This document shows positions 1 to 8,014 of a DNA stretch of 64,000 nucleotides, one piece after another; the stretch's first letter is position 1, and each line of letters opens with the position of its first letter. The stretch lies in NCBI GenBank assembly GCA_964400215.1, contig CAYNSY010000005.1:17943-81942 (forward strand), in the 5' to 3' direction. The translations under genes and the position numbers were made by a program. Source of the DNA: an uncultured Methylotenera sp. (GTDB lineage Bacteria > Pseudomonadota > Gammaproteobacteria > Burkholderiales > Methylophilaceae). The notes beneath the pieces are model-generated. The model saw only the letters and a program-made list of their open reading frames with translations, did not search any database and was not told the DNA's origin.

Positions 1-1195
1 CAATTAAGCGCATGTAAGCCAAGGCGTGTTTGATTTCTGCGCGTTCAAAAAAGCGTAAACCGCCATACACGCGGTAAGGTAAATTGGCTGAAAACAGCGC
101 GTGTTCTAAGATGCGCGATTGCGCGTTAGATCGGTACAGCAGGGCGATCTCGCCTAAGGAGGTGCCCTCGCAATGTAGCATTTTAATTTCATCGACGATG
201 AATTGTGCTTCGTCATTATCGTTGTACGCATCGTAGACACGCACCGGCTCGCCGGCGCCGGCTGAGGTCCAGAGGTTTTTGCCTAAGCGGTTGTTGTTGT
301 GCGAAATGATCGCGTTGGCTGCGTCTAAGATATTGCTGTGTGAGCGGTAATTTTCTTCCAGTTTAACGATGTGCTGTATGGCGTAGTCTTTTTCAAAGTC
401 GCGCATATTGCCCACTCGGGCACCGCGAAAGCCATAGATGGATTGGTCGTCATCGCCCACCGCGAACATGCAATTGTCGGGGCCGGTTAGCAGTTTTAAC
501 CACAAGTATTGCAATCGATTGGTGTCTTGAAACTCATCGACCAGGATGTACTTAAAGCGGCTTTGGTAATGCTGCCGAATGTTGGCATCGCGCTCCAATA
601 ACTCGTAGCAACGCAATAACAGCTCAGCAAAATCGGCCACGCCGTCGCGCTGGCATTGCTTGTCGTATTCTTCAAAAATTTCGCGCATTTTTTGCGAGTG
701 CGCATCGTAGGCTTCCACTTTATTAGCGCGCAAGCCTTCGTCTTTGCAACCATTAATAAAGTTTTGCACTTGCTTGGGCGGGTATTTTTCGTCGTCCACA
801 TTCAACAGCTTCATCAAGCGTTTGATGACAGACAACTGATCGGCGATGTCTAAAATTTGAAAGCTGGCAGGTAAGCCGGCTTCGCGGTGATGCGCGCGCA
901 ATAAGCGATTGCACAAGCCGTGAAAAGTGCCTACCCACATGCCACGCGTGTTGATCGGCAGGGAAGCGGTGATGCGGGTGAGCATTTCTTTGGCAGCTTT
1001 GTTGGTAAAAGTGACCGCCAATAAACCGGTGGGGGACACTTGGCCGGTTTGTATCAACCAAGCAATGCGCGCTGTTAGTACCCGCGTTTTACCACTGCCG
1101 GCGCCGGCCAATATCAAGGCGGATTGGTGCGGCAGGGTGACCGCTTCTAACTGTTTGTTATTCAGATCGGCGAGTAAAGTTGATTGATTTTCCAT
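1..1195 (-). CDS. uvrD: DNA helicase II (UvrD/Rep family), N-terminal ~398 codons; ORF continues beyond the window start
   Basis: Minus-strand translation from ATG at 1195 reads MENQSTLLADLNNKQLEAV..LILAGAGSGKTR (Walker A)..RFKYILVDEFQDT (motif II)..LPYRVYGGLRFFERAEIKHALAYMRLI. It is absent from the ORF track only because no stop lies in the window. Track ORFs 496-1187 are shadow frames. Confidence 0.9.
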   Translation of the reverse strand, partial: MENQSTLLADLNNKQLEAVTLPHQSALILAGAGSGKTRVLTARIAWLIQTGQVSPTGLLAVTFTNKAAKEMLTRITASLPINTRGMWVGTFHGLCNRLLRAHHREAGLPASFQILDIADQLSVIKRLMKLLNVDDEKYPPKQVQNFINGCKDEGLRANKVEAYDAHSQKMREIFEEYDKQCQRDGVADFAELLLRCYELLERDANIRQHYQSRFKYILVDEFQDTNRLQYLWLKLLTGPDNCMFAVGDDDQSIYGFRGARVGNMRDFEKDYAIQHIVKLEENYRSHSNILDAANAIISHNNNRLGKNLWTSAGAGEPVRVYDAYNDNDEAQFIVDEIKMLHCEGTSLGEIALLYRSNAQSRILEHALFSANLPYRVYGGLRFFERAEIKHALAYMRLI

Positions 1196-1325
1196 GGCAT
1201 TATTATCGCACGGGATGCGCATAAAGTTGGGGTGTTAAGGCGATACAAACTGTTACAAATGAATCGGAACCAAACGAAATGGCCTTCAGTCTGACAGGTC
1301 ATGATAGTTAAATGAAAATTTAACT

Positions 1326-1409
1326 AGCGTTCCGCTCCCCTCCCTGAGCGGAAGCCTTAATTAAGGCAGTTTGCCCCGGCTCTATCCCCTTTGAGTCGGG
1401 GCTTTTTTT
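1326..1409 (+). ncRNA. Candidate ~85-nt small RNA made of three consecutive hairpins, the last an intrinsic terminator
   Basis: H1 is TTCCGCTC/GAGCGGAA (1330-1353) with loop CCCTCCCT. H2 is the palindrome GCCTTAATTAAGGC (1354-1367). H3 is the terminator at 1373-1409 with loop TATCCCCTT. No plus-strand ORF lies upstream, since uvrD diverges. A weak promoter-like CTGACA-17-GAAAAT sits at 1291-1319. The 5' end is a guess. Confidence 0.35.
1373..1409 (+). terminator. Rho-independent terminator
   Basis: A 10-bp stem GCCCCGGCTC/GAGTCGGGGC (one G-T pair) is followed by TTTTTTT at 1403-1409. Confidence 0.75.
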
Positions 1410-1427
1410 ATCCTGCCATTGCAATTT

Positions 1428-1437
1428 GTAACGTTAC
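1428..1437 (+). promoter_or_regulatory. Perfect 10-bp palindrome GTAACGTTAC upstream of higB, a possible HigA operator
   Basis: The palindrome lies about 20 nt upstream of the higB ATG. Type II antitoxins typically autoregulate through such palindromes. Confidence 0.35.
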
Positions 1438-1456
1438 GCATTACACTTCCTTGGCC

Positions 1457-1735
1457 ATGATAAAAACCTTCAAACATAAAGGCATGCAGTCTTTTTTTGA
1501 GACTGGCAGTAAAGCGGGAATACAGCCGCATCATGCCTTGAGGCTAAGCCGTCAACTGCACCGTTTAGACCTTGCGGTATCGGTTGCAGACATGAATGTG
1601 CCCGGTTGGAAATTGCATGAATTGGAAGGCGTGCTATACCAGCATTACGCGGTATGGGTTGATGGAAACTGGCGCATGACCTTTATGTTTGAAGGTGAAA
1701 ATGCAATTTTGGTTGATTATCAGGATTACCACTAG
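1457..1735 (+). CDS. higB: HigB-type toxin (RelE/ParE superfamily, plasmid maintenance system killer)
   Basis: The sequence MIKTFKHKGMQSFFETGSKAGIQPHHALRLSRQL..WKLHELEG..GNWRMTFMFEGENAILVDYQDYH matches the HigB family pattern over 92 aa. The track start at 1391 lies inside the upstream terminator, so I use the in-frame ATG at 1457. Confidence 0.85.
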   Translation: MIKTFKHKGMQSFFETGSKAGIQPHHALRLSRQLHRLDLAVSVADMNVPGWKLHELEGVLYQHYAVWVDGNWRMTFMFEGENAILVDYQDYH

Positions 1736-1746
1736 GAGAGAATGTA

Positions 1747-2043
1747 ATGAGTATTATGCACAACCCACCGCACCCCGGTGTAACACTAAGAGACGATGTG
1801 TTGCCAGCACTAGGCCTGTCTGTGACAGAAGCTGCATTGCAATTGGGTGTTGCTAGACCGTCATTATCGCGGGTGCTAAATGGCCGTGCGGCGATTTCGC
1901 CAGAGATGGCTTTGCGTTTGGAAAAGTGGCTGGGTGTGGAAAATGGAGGGCGTGCCGATGTCTGGCTGGCAGAACAAACCAGTTATGACTTGTGGCAAGC
2001 GCGCAGTAAATTTAACGCCAAAGTGAGTGCCGCCATCGCCTAA
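1747..2043 (+). CDS. higA: HigA-family antitoxin (XRE-type HTH)
   Basis: The sequence HNPPHPGVTLRDDVLPALGLSVTEAALQLGVARPSLSRVLNGRAAISPEMALRLEKW fits the HigA family. It starts 11 nt downstream of higB. Confidence 0.85.
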   Translation: MSIMHNPPHPGVTLRDDVLPALGLSVTEAALQLGVARPSLSRVLNGRAAISPEMALRLEKWLGVENGGRADVWLAEQTSYDLWQARSKFNAKVSAAIA

Positions 2044-2058
2044 GACAAGAGTAAGAAA

Positions 2059-2090
2059 TAAAAAAGCCACTGTTGTCAGTGGCTTTTTTT
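2059..2090. terminator. Bidirectional intrinsic terminator between higA and ctaB
   Basis: The structure is AAAAAA-GCCACTG-TTGT-CAGTGGC-TTTTTTT. Confidence 0.8.
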
Positions 2091-2123
2091 ATGACTAAGT
2101 CTGGTTTAATCCGACATCACGGT

Positions 2124-3041
2124 TTAGAAAAACCAGTAATGATCGACCAATAAAGCGGCAAACAGCAGGGTCAAATAAATGATGGAGTAGCGGAAGGTGC
2201 GTTTGGCTAAATCATCCGAATAGCGACGGTATAAGCCGATCACATAGGCCATAAAAATGGCATTTAAAATAACGGACGAGGCTAGGTAAATTAAACCGCT
2301 CATACCCATGGCATAAGGCATCAATGCCACGGCCACCAAGATGATGGTGTAGAGCAAAATGTGCAACAGGGTGAATGCTTCCCCATGCGTGACCGGCAAC
2401 ATGGGCATGCCGACTTTGGCGTATTCTTCACGGCGGTATAAGGCTAAGGCCCAGAAGTGCGGCGGTGTCCAAACGAAGATGATTAAAAACATAATCAGCG
2501 ATTCGGGGGACACCACATTGTTGACGGCTGCCCAGCCTAGTATCGGCGGCATGGCGCCGGATGCGCCACCGATTACGATGTTCATCGGCGTGGCCGGTTT
2601 TAAAAGCACCGTGTAGACCACCGCGTAGCCGACAAAGGTGGCAAAGGTCAGCCACATGGTGAGAGGGTTCACAAAGAAGTACAAAATGGCTAAGCCGCTA
2701 CCGCCCAAGATGGTAGCAAACATGCTGGTTTGGCCAGACGACACTTGGCCGGTCGGTAGTGCGCGGCCACGGGTGCGCGCCATGATGGCGTCAATTTTGT
2801 GTTCAATTAAGCAATTAAATGCCGCCGCTGCGCCTGAGGCAAAGGCGATGCCCAGCGTGGTGGCAATCAACAATGACCAGGGCACCATGCCGGGTGTGCC
2901 CATAAACATGCCTATCAGCGCGGTAAACACGATAAGTGAAGTTACCCTTGGCTTGCACAGCGAAAAGAAGTTTTTAAAGCTTGCGCCTAAGGTTTGCCTG
3001 GGTTGAGTAGTGCTGGTCATCGTTTGCTCATCGCCTTGCAT
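2124..3041 (-). CDS. ctaB: Protoheme IX farnesyltransferase (heme O synthase)
   Basis: This is a 305-aa polytopic UbiA-family protein with the motifs [23 protein letters not shown] and [11 protein letters not shown]. It lies next to ctaA. Confidence 0.9.
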   Translation of the reverse strand: MQGDEQTMTSTTQPRQTLGASFKNFFSLCKPRVTSLIVFTALIGMFMGTPGMVPWSLLIATTLGIAFASGAAAAFNCLIEHKIDAIMARTRGRALPTGQVSSGQTSMFATILGGSGLAILYFFVNPLTMWLTFATFVGYAVVYTVLLKPATPMNIVIGGASGAMPPILGWAAVNNVVSPESLIMFLIIFVWTPPHFWALALYRREEYAKVGMPMLPVTHGEAFTLLHILLYTIILVAVALMPYAMGMSGLIYLASSVILNAIFMAYVIGLYRRYSDDLAKRTFRYSIIYLTLLFAALLVDHYWFF

Positions 3042-3096
3042 GGGGCCTGTTAGGGCTGACCCATGCCGTTAAAAAAACCGTTAAAAATGCCGAGTA

Positions 3097-4122
3097 TTAG
3101 CTCGCCTTAGCACCGCTGATTTTGGAGTTAAGCACCACTAAAATAATCACCAATAGACCGGCGGTAAAGTTGTGTGCCACGGCCAAAACCAAGGGCAGGT
3201 GCAGCAGCAAATTGCTGATGCCTAAAATAATCTGGGTCAATAAAGCCACTAACAATAAAACGCTCCAGCGTTTTAACTGCCAGTATTTTAAGGCAGTTAA
3301 TCCCACTGCGCCTAAGTAAATAAGGCTGATTAAAGCACCGACGCGGTGTGTCCATTGGATGGCAGTTAAAGAGGCCAACGATAGCGCGCCGCCGTCTTTG
3401 CTTAGACCAAGCTCGCGCACCATGTGGAAGGCATCCCTAAAATCCATGTCGGGCAACCAGGCGCCGTGGCAGGTCGGAAAATCGGTGCAGGCCAAGGCCG
3501 CGTAGTTGGTGCTGGTCCAGCCACCTAAAAAGATTTGCACAAACAGCAATAGCAAAGCCACGCGTATGGCTAAGCGCATGCGATTGCAAGACAGGATGCT
3601 GTCCGAGTAATAGCCCCAATGCCGATGGGTAATCCAGGTGAGCAAGGCTAGGGTAGACATGCCGCCCAACAAGTGCGCGCTGACGATGGCCGGCTTAAGC
3701 AGCATGGTCACGGTCCACATGCCGAGCATGGCTTGAAAGCCTATCAACAGCAGTAAAAAACTGGAGGTGTAAGGCGAGCTTTTAATTTCACTGCGGGCTT
3801 TCCAGCCCAACACAAAAATCGCCAACACCATTAAGCCTAAGGTGCCAGCCACATAGCGGTGCGCCATTTCTCGCCAGGCTTTGCCCACCACCACGGCGCT
3901 GTCTGGATAGGCCGTTTGTGCTTTGAGTATGGCCGCTTCGCTTTCCGGCACGGTTAAAGTGCCGTAACAACCCGGCCAATCTGGGCAACCCAAACCGGCG
4001 TCGGTTAAGCGCACGTAAGCGCCCAGCGCCACCACGCTCAGGGCCAATAAAGTAGCGGCCAATACCAAGCCTTTAAAATAACGGTAACTGTTAGAACTTG
4101 GATGCATGCTTAGCCCGCCCAT
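3097..4122 (-). CDS. ctaA: Heme A synthase (COX15/CtaA)
   Basis: This is a polytopic membrane protein with paired conserved His and Cys motifs (GCPDWPGCYG, AHRYVAG, CTDFPTCHG, THRVGA, VAHNFTAG). The start may be the ATG at 4107, which would avoid overlapping the upstream stop. Confidence 0.85.
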   Translation of the reverse strand: MGGLSMHPSSNSYRYFKGLVLAATLLALSVVALGAYVRLTDAGLGCPDWPGCYGTLTVPESEAAILKAQTAYPDSAVVVGKAWREMAHRYVAGTLGLMVLAIFVLGWKARSEIKSSPYTSSFLLLLIGFQAMLGMWTVTMLLKPAIVSAHLLGGMSTLALLTWITHRHWGYYSDSILSCNRMRLAIRVALLLLFVQIFLGGWTSTNYAALACTDFPTCHGAWLPDMDFRDAFHMVRELGLSKDGGALSLASLTAIQWTHRVGALISLIYLGAVGLTALKYWQLKRWSVLLLVALLTQIILGISNLLLHLPLVLAVAHNFTAGLLVIILVVLNSKISGAKAS

Positions 4123-4721
4123 GAAAATCGCAATAAGCGCGTGACGTCTTTACGCACCGTTGCTAGGGGTAAACTGGCTTGGTAGCTCATCATAAAATGA
4201 CCGAGCGGGTCCACTAAATACAAACGGTGGCTGCTGGCCACGGCTTCATCCGCCACCTTAAATTGCGCAGTAAAAGGCGCAATCGCATCCGCCGGTTGGT
4301 TGAGCACGATCAAATCCGGGTAATCGCGTTTGATGGCGGTCACGTCTTGCATGCGGGTAATCAACACACGCTGCGCGCGTGGCATGTCTTTATACAGCGA
4401 CACATGCAGTTGGCGCATGTCGTGCAGTTTGGCTAAACACACCGCCTCGCAATCATCGGCTATGTAGACTACGCTCCAACGCGTTTTCCAAAAATCGCCG
4501 GGCAGCGCTTGGCCGGTGTGGTCTTGCAAGGCGTGTTCGCTGCTCAATAAACGTGCAGGGCGCACCAACTCGCCCACGCTCTCGCTGTGTGGCATCCAAT
4601 TGAATTTGTACATCAACATCACCACCACTAATGGCACCACAAAAAAGGTCAACATCAACACCAGCACGATACGGCCTTTGCGTTGCTGCGCTGTGTCTAA
4701 AGTTTGTTCATTGGTTTGCAT
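4110..4721 (-). CDS. Membrane-anchored thioredoxin-fold/SCO1-like cytochrome oxidase biogenesis protein
   Basis: It has an N-terminal TM helix and a CxxxC motif (DDCEAVCLAKL), and sits between surf1 and ctaA. The family assignment rests on context and that motif only. Confidence 0.5.
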   Translation of the reverse strand: MQTNEQTLDTAQQRKGRIVLVLMLTFFVVPLVVVMLMYKFNWMPHSESVGELVRPARLLSSEHALQDHTGQALPGDFWKTRWSVVYIADDCEAVCLAKLHDMRQLHVSLYKDMPRAQRVLITRMQDVTAIKRDYPDLIVLNQPADAIAPFTAQFKVADEAVASSHRLYLVDPLGHFMMSYQASLPLATVRKDVTRLLRFSWAG

Positions 4722-4834
4722 GTAACACTCGGTGTAAAAATTAAGGGTTAAAAATAAATCGCACTATTGTAACTGCCAGTAGTGCACCTGCACAAAGCTA
4801 TTTCATCGATTCATCGGCCATACTGGCCTTATTG

Positions 4835-5605
4835 CTAGTGCCTCACTTTGCTAATACTCATGTATAAAAATATCAGCAGGCTAGCCACCGCAAAGCCAAA
4901 CCATTGGTAAGCGTAGCCCATGTGCGTGGTAATGCGCTCGGCCGACACCGTCCAATTCCTGACAAAGCCACCAGCCTCACTGGCCGGATCCAGTTTGATC
5001 GCCATGCTAGACACCGTAAACGGCACGCGTTGCTGGTAAGCCGCTAAATTCATGTGTTGCCAAACCGCTTGCCAAGGCAGGGTTTGCCCGACTTCGCTAG
5101 GCGCCGTTTTCGCCTCTAGGCTAAATATTTTTTTACTTGGTACCCATACTTGCCCGACTACCGTTTGCATACCGCTTGGGGTGCTAAAACTGGGCAAGCT
5201 CGCGTGCGTCGCATGGCCTAAAATCCAACCGCGGTTGACCAACACATAGTCTTTAGTCCCGCTGATTTTTAATGGGGTAATCACGTGAAAGCCGACCCGA
5301 TTGTTTTCCACTTGGTTGTCCAACAAAAACTGGTATTGGGGCGCGTATTCGCCGCTCACCGTCACCTTTTTGTATTGCCAATCGGCCGGCGTTAAACCCG
5401 CTTGCAAGGTCACCGGAAAAGGCAACGCGCCATTGACCTTGGCCGCTTCATACACCGCTTGGATGGCTATTTTTTGCTGTGCTTTATGGTATTGCCACAA
5501 GCCAAACTTAATAAACAAGGGGACGCAAATCAAACAGACAATCACGCCTACCAAGGACGGCTTAAAGACAAAATTAGCTAGCTTACATTGCATGCTCATA
5601 CCCAC
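4835..5605 (-). CDS. SURF1-family cytochrome oxidase assembly protein
   Basis: The two-TM topology with a large periplasmic loop (LVNRGW, GFHVITPL, HMGYAYQWF) is typical of SURF1/Shy1. Confidence 0.8.
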   Translation of the reverse strand: MGMSMQCKLANFVFKPSLVGVIVCLICVPLFIKFGLWQYHKAQQKIAIQAVYEAAKVNGALPFPVTLQAGLTPADWQYKKVTVSGEYAPQYQFLLDNQVENNRVGFHVITPLKISGTKDYVLVNRGWILGHATHASLPSFSTPSGMQTVVGQVWVPSKKIFSLEAKTAPSEVGQTLPWQAVWQHMNLAAYQQRVPFTVSSMAIKLDPASEAGGFVRNWTVSAERITTHMGYAYQWFGFAVASLLIFLYMSISKVRH

Positions 5606-5678
5606 CGATTTTTACTGGATTGAAATTACGCGCTATCTGACCCATAATGGTCGCTCAAATTCATCGTTAGGTAAAATT

Positions 5679-5873
5679 ATGTTAATTAAAGTATTCATAG
5701 TGTTAACGCTACTGGTCATTGTAGGCAGCTTATTCTCTGCCTTATTCTTTTTATCTAAAGACAAAAGCGGTGGCGACCGTACAGTCAAAGCGCTAACCGT
5801 GCGCATAGGCTTATCCATCGCGCTGTTTCTGTTATTAATGCTGGGTTATTACTTCGGCTTAATCGGCCACTAA
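5679..5873 (+). CDS. Twin-transmembrane-helix small protein (DUF2909-like)
   Basis: The 64-aa sequence is MLIKVFIVLTLLVIVGSLFSALFFLSKDKSGGDRTVKALTVRIGLSIALFLLLMLGYYFGLIGH. The first 126 codons of track ORF 5301-5873 are antisense to surf1 and are rejected. Confidence 0.65.
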   Translation: MLIKVFIVLTLLVIVGSLFSALFFLSKDKSGGDRTVKALTVRIGLSIALFLLLMLGYYFGLIGH

Positions 5874-5923
5874 GCCATACCTTAGTATAAGAACCGCACC
5901 GCGCATTATCCGCTATACCCAAT

Positions 5924-5950
5924 AAAAAGCCACCTCTGGGGTGGCTTTTT
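5924..5950. terminator. Bidirectional intrinsic terminator
   Basis: The structure is AAAAA-GCCACC-loop-GGTGGC-TTTTT, between two convergent genes. Confidence 0.8.
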
Positions 5951-5993
5951 ATTGGCTCACGCAATGCGGGCCTCTATCGTTTAAGCAGCCAGT

Positions 5994-6383
5994 TTATTTA
6001 TCGCTGCCTTTGTCCTCTTTATCACCTTTGTCGTAAAGCTTTTTAGCCTCCATGTTGCAGTGCTCTGGGTCATGGCCTTTGTTCTCTGCTTTACCTTGCA
6101 TTTTGCCGTGGCCATGCATGGCTTTGCGTTCTGCGGCATCAATTTTGCCATCCTTGTTGGTGTCCATCGCGTTAAACATTTTATCAGCGCGCGCTTGGTG
6201 CGCTTTGGTAAATTCCTCATAGCTAACCATGCCATCTTTATTCGCATCGGCATCCATCATGCCGTGCTTTTTGTAATCGCAATGCTTTTCATCGCAGTGT
6301 TTTTTGCAATGGTGGTCGGCATAAGCCACGCTACTTAAGCCCAAGGTCAAGGCAGCAAATAGGGCTAGGTGTAATTTTTTCAT
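5994..6383 (-). CDS. Secreted His/Cys-rich protein with two EF-hand loops
   Basis: The signal peptide is MKKLHLALFAALTLGLSSVAYA. An HHCKKHCDEKHCDYKKH cluster follows. The EF-hand loops are DADANKDGMVSYEEF and DTNKDGKIDAAE. The C-terminal tail is HGHGK..HDPEHC. Confidence 0.7.
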   Translation of the reverse strand: MKKLHLALFAALTLGLSSVAYADHHCKKHCDEKHCDYKKHGMMDADANKDGMVSYEEFTKAHQARADKMFNAMDTNKDGKIDAAERKAMHGHGKMQGKAENKGHDPEHCNMEAKKLYDKGDKEDKGSDK

Positions 6384-6495
6384 GGTAACTCCTTTACATT
6401 AATAAATAACAGCAACATCAAGACTATAACGCAAGGCGCTTAGTTTCGTTTAGGGGTGGATTAAAAAAAGCGGGTTCATGCATCTTAAAGATTGC

Positions 6496-7323
6496 TTAAT
6501 ACACATAGCAGCAAAACAACACCAACACCACCAGCATGCTTTTAAACGGCAGCATATTCATCACTTTGATCGGTAACGATGGCTGTATACGGCTGGCGCT
6601 GTAATTGGATTGTTCGATGTAGGCGTCTTTTAAGAAAGGCACCCAATAATTTTTAATGTGCCCTAACTCAAAAAAATCGCTGTGTTTGCAATGGTGAAAT
6701 CGGTCGTTGACCTCTTGCGCCTTAAAGCCAAAAGTGCCGCTTGCGCCATAACCCCAACTGGTTGCCTTGGCCAGCACCGGAAAAATATCCCGATCGCCCA
6801 CATCGTTCAAAATCACTTTCGGCCGCTGCGGCACCAAATCCCAGCGCCAATCGGTTTTAATGATAGAGCCACACAACAGCAAGCGTTCTATGCGTATGTC
6901 TGGGCTGCCCTTCAATATTTTAGAAATAATGTAGGTGCCAAAGCTATGCGCCACCACCACCAATTTCGCTTGGCTGTTTTCCGAGGTGATGTTTCTTAAT
7001 TGCTGCTCTACCCGTTTCACCGGAAAGTTTCTGAAAAAGAACGGAAACCAAAAGCGCAGCAAATCGAAATAATCGTAACCAATCGGAATCACCGTCACAT
7101 ACATGTCGTTGCTAAATTCGTTTTTAAGCTTATCCTGCCATTCGGCAAAGGTGCGTATGCCATGAATTAACACCACCACTATTTTCTCTGGGGTTTCTTT
7201 GCCCAACTCCAGCGCAATCAGCGTGGCCCTAACGGCCATTTCCCGGTCTTTGGGTTTTTTAATCGAATCAATGTAACTGCTTATCGCTGCTAACTTGCCA
7301 TCGGCATTGTTAAGCGCAGTCAT
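6496..7323 (-). CDS. Tail-anchored alpha/beta-hydrolase-fold serine hydrolase (uncharacterised)
   Basis: VVVLIHGI is an oxyanion-type strand. VVVAHSFG is a nucleophile elbow (Ser127). Asp candidates lie in NDVGDRD and His candidates in FHHCKHSDFF. The C-terminal hydrophobic helix is SMLVVLVLFCCYVY. It starts 24 nt downstream of ORF 7348-7779. Confidence 0.55.
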   Translation of the reverse strand: MTALNNADGKLAAISSYIDSIKKPKDREMAVRATLIALELGKETPEKIVVVLIHGIRTFAEWQDKLKNEFSNDMYVTVIPIGYDYFDLLRFWFPFFFRNFPVKRVEQQLRNITSENSQAKLVVVAHSFGTYIISKILKGSPDIRIERLLLCGSIIKTDWRWDLVPQRPKVILNDVGDRDIFPVLAKATSWGYGASGTFGFKAQEVNDRFHHCKHSDFFELGHIKNYWVPFLKDAYIEQSNYSASRIQPSLPIKVMNMLPFKSMLVVLVLFCCYVY

Positions 7324-7347
7324 GGTGTTCAGTCTGCTAGCCTAAGA

Positions 7348-7779
7348 TCAGCCATTGAGTTTATAAAATAGCCGAATCGCAGCCGGGTCCACCGCAATTT
7401 CTATGCCCCGCACTTCATCAAAGATAAACGGCGGGATCTCCTCAAAACGAGCAAACTCGCGCACGGCGCTGGCATGCTCAGACTCTAGGCGAAACAACTC
7501 TTTCAATAGGCCTATGTCCACCAAGCGCGTCAGTATCCGCACTAAAATGGATTGTGAACAGGGGTGGGTAATGCGGTAAATGCCCGGCACACTAAACGCT
7601 GCCGAAGTGGCCTCGGGTGCAGAGCATTGACTAGAAAAAAACGAATTAAGCCTAACAATCGCCGCCACATCATTAGGAAACTCCTGGCTTAAAAAGCCTA
7701 AGTCTATGGTAGACATGGTGCTGGGCTCGTATGGGGTTGCAGCAGGGTAAGCAAGGGCATGCAAATCTCCTAACAACAT
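7348..7779 (-). CDS. Hypothetical small protein, upstream partner of the hydrolase (possible winged-helix segment)
   Basis: I recognise no family. SQSILVRILTRLVDIGLLKE resembles a wHTH recognition helix. An alternative start is the ATG at 7716 (MSTIDLG..). Confidence 0.4.
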   Translation of the reverse strand: MLLGDLHALAYPAATPYEPSTMSTIDLGFLSQEFPNDVAAIVRLNSFFSSQCSAPEATSAAFSVPGIYRITHPCSQSILVRILTRLVDIGLLKELFRLESEHASAVREFARFEEIPPFIFDEVRGIEIAVDPAAIRLFYKLNG

Positions 7780-8014
7780 AACGGTTTCGTCTAAAGTAGG
7801 TGCAGCAACAGTGCTGAGGGAAGGGCGGGCTAGGCTGCAAATAATGCGTGGATTTTTGCTGGCAACAGGGCACTGAGAAATAATATTAACATGAAATAAA
7901 GTAGCATTTCAGTATTAATTTTTTTTGCCGATTCAGATGAATGTGATTAGTTTTAGGGGAATTACAATAGAAGGTACTGGATTTATCAGTCGCTGTTTCT
8001 GAGTTTCTAAATTT

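Noticed and set aside
1391-1456. N-terminal extension of higB in the ORF track
   Set aside because: The extension starts inside the upstream terminator stem. The HigB family alignment begins at MIKTFKHKG (ATG 1457).
5301-5678. N-terminal 126 codons of track ORF 5301-5873
   Set aside because: This part is antisense to surf1. Only the last 64 codons (from ATG 5679) form the twin-TM small protein.
7673-7873. 66-aa Cys/Pro-rich minus-strand ORF
   Set aside because: It is an alternative frame overlapping the start of ORF 7348-7779 and the upstream spacer, with no supporting features.
7830-7907. 25-codon hydrophobic minus-strand ORF (MLLYFMLILFLSALLPAKIHALFAA), a possible type I toxin-like peptide next to the Phd relic
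   Set aside because: I see no RBS, no antisense-RNA signature and no conservation evidence. AT-rich DNA readily yields Leu/Phe/Ile-rich short frames by chance.
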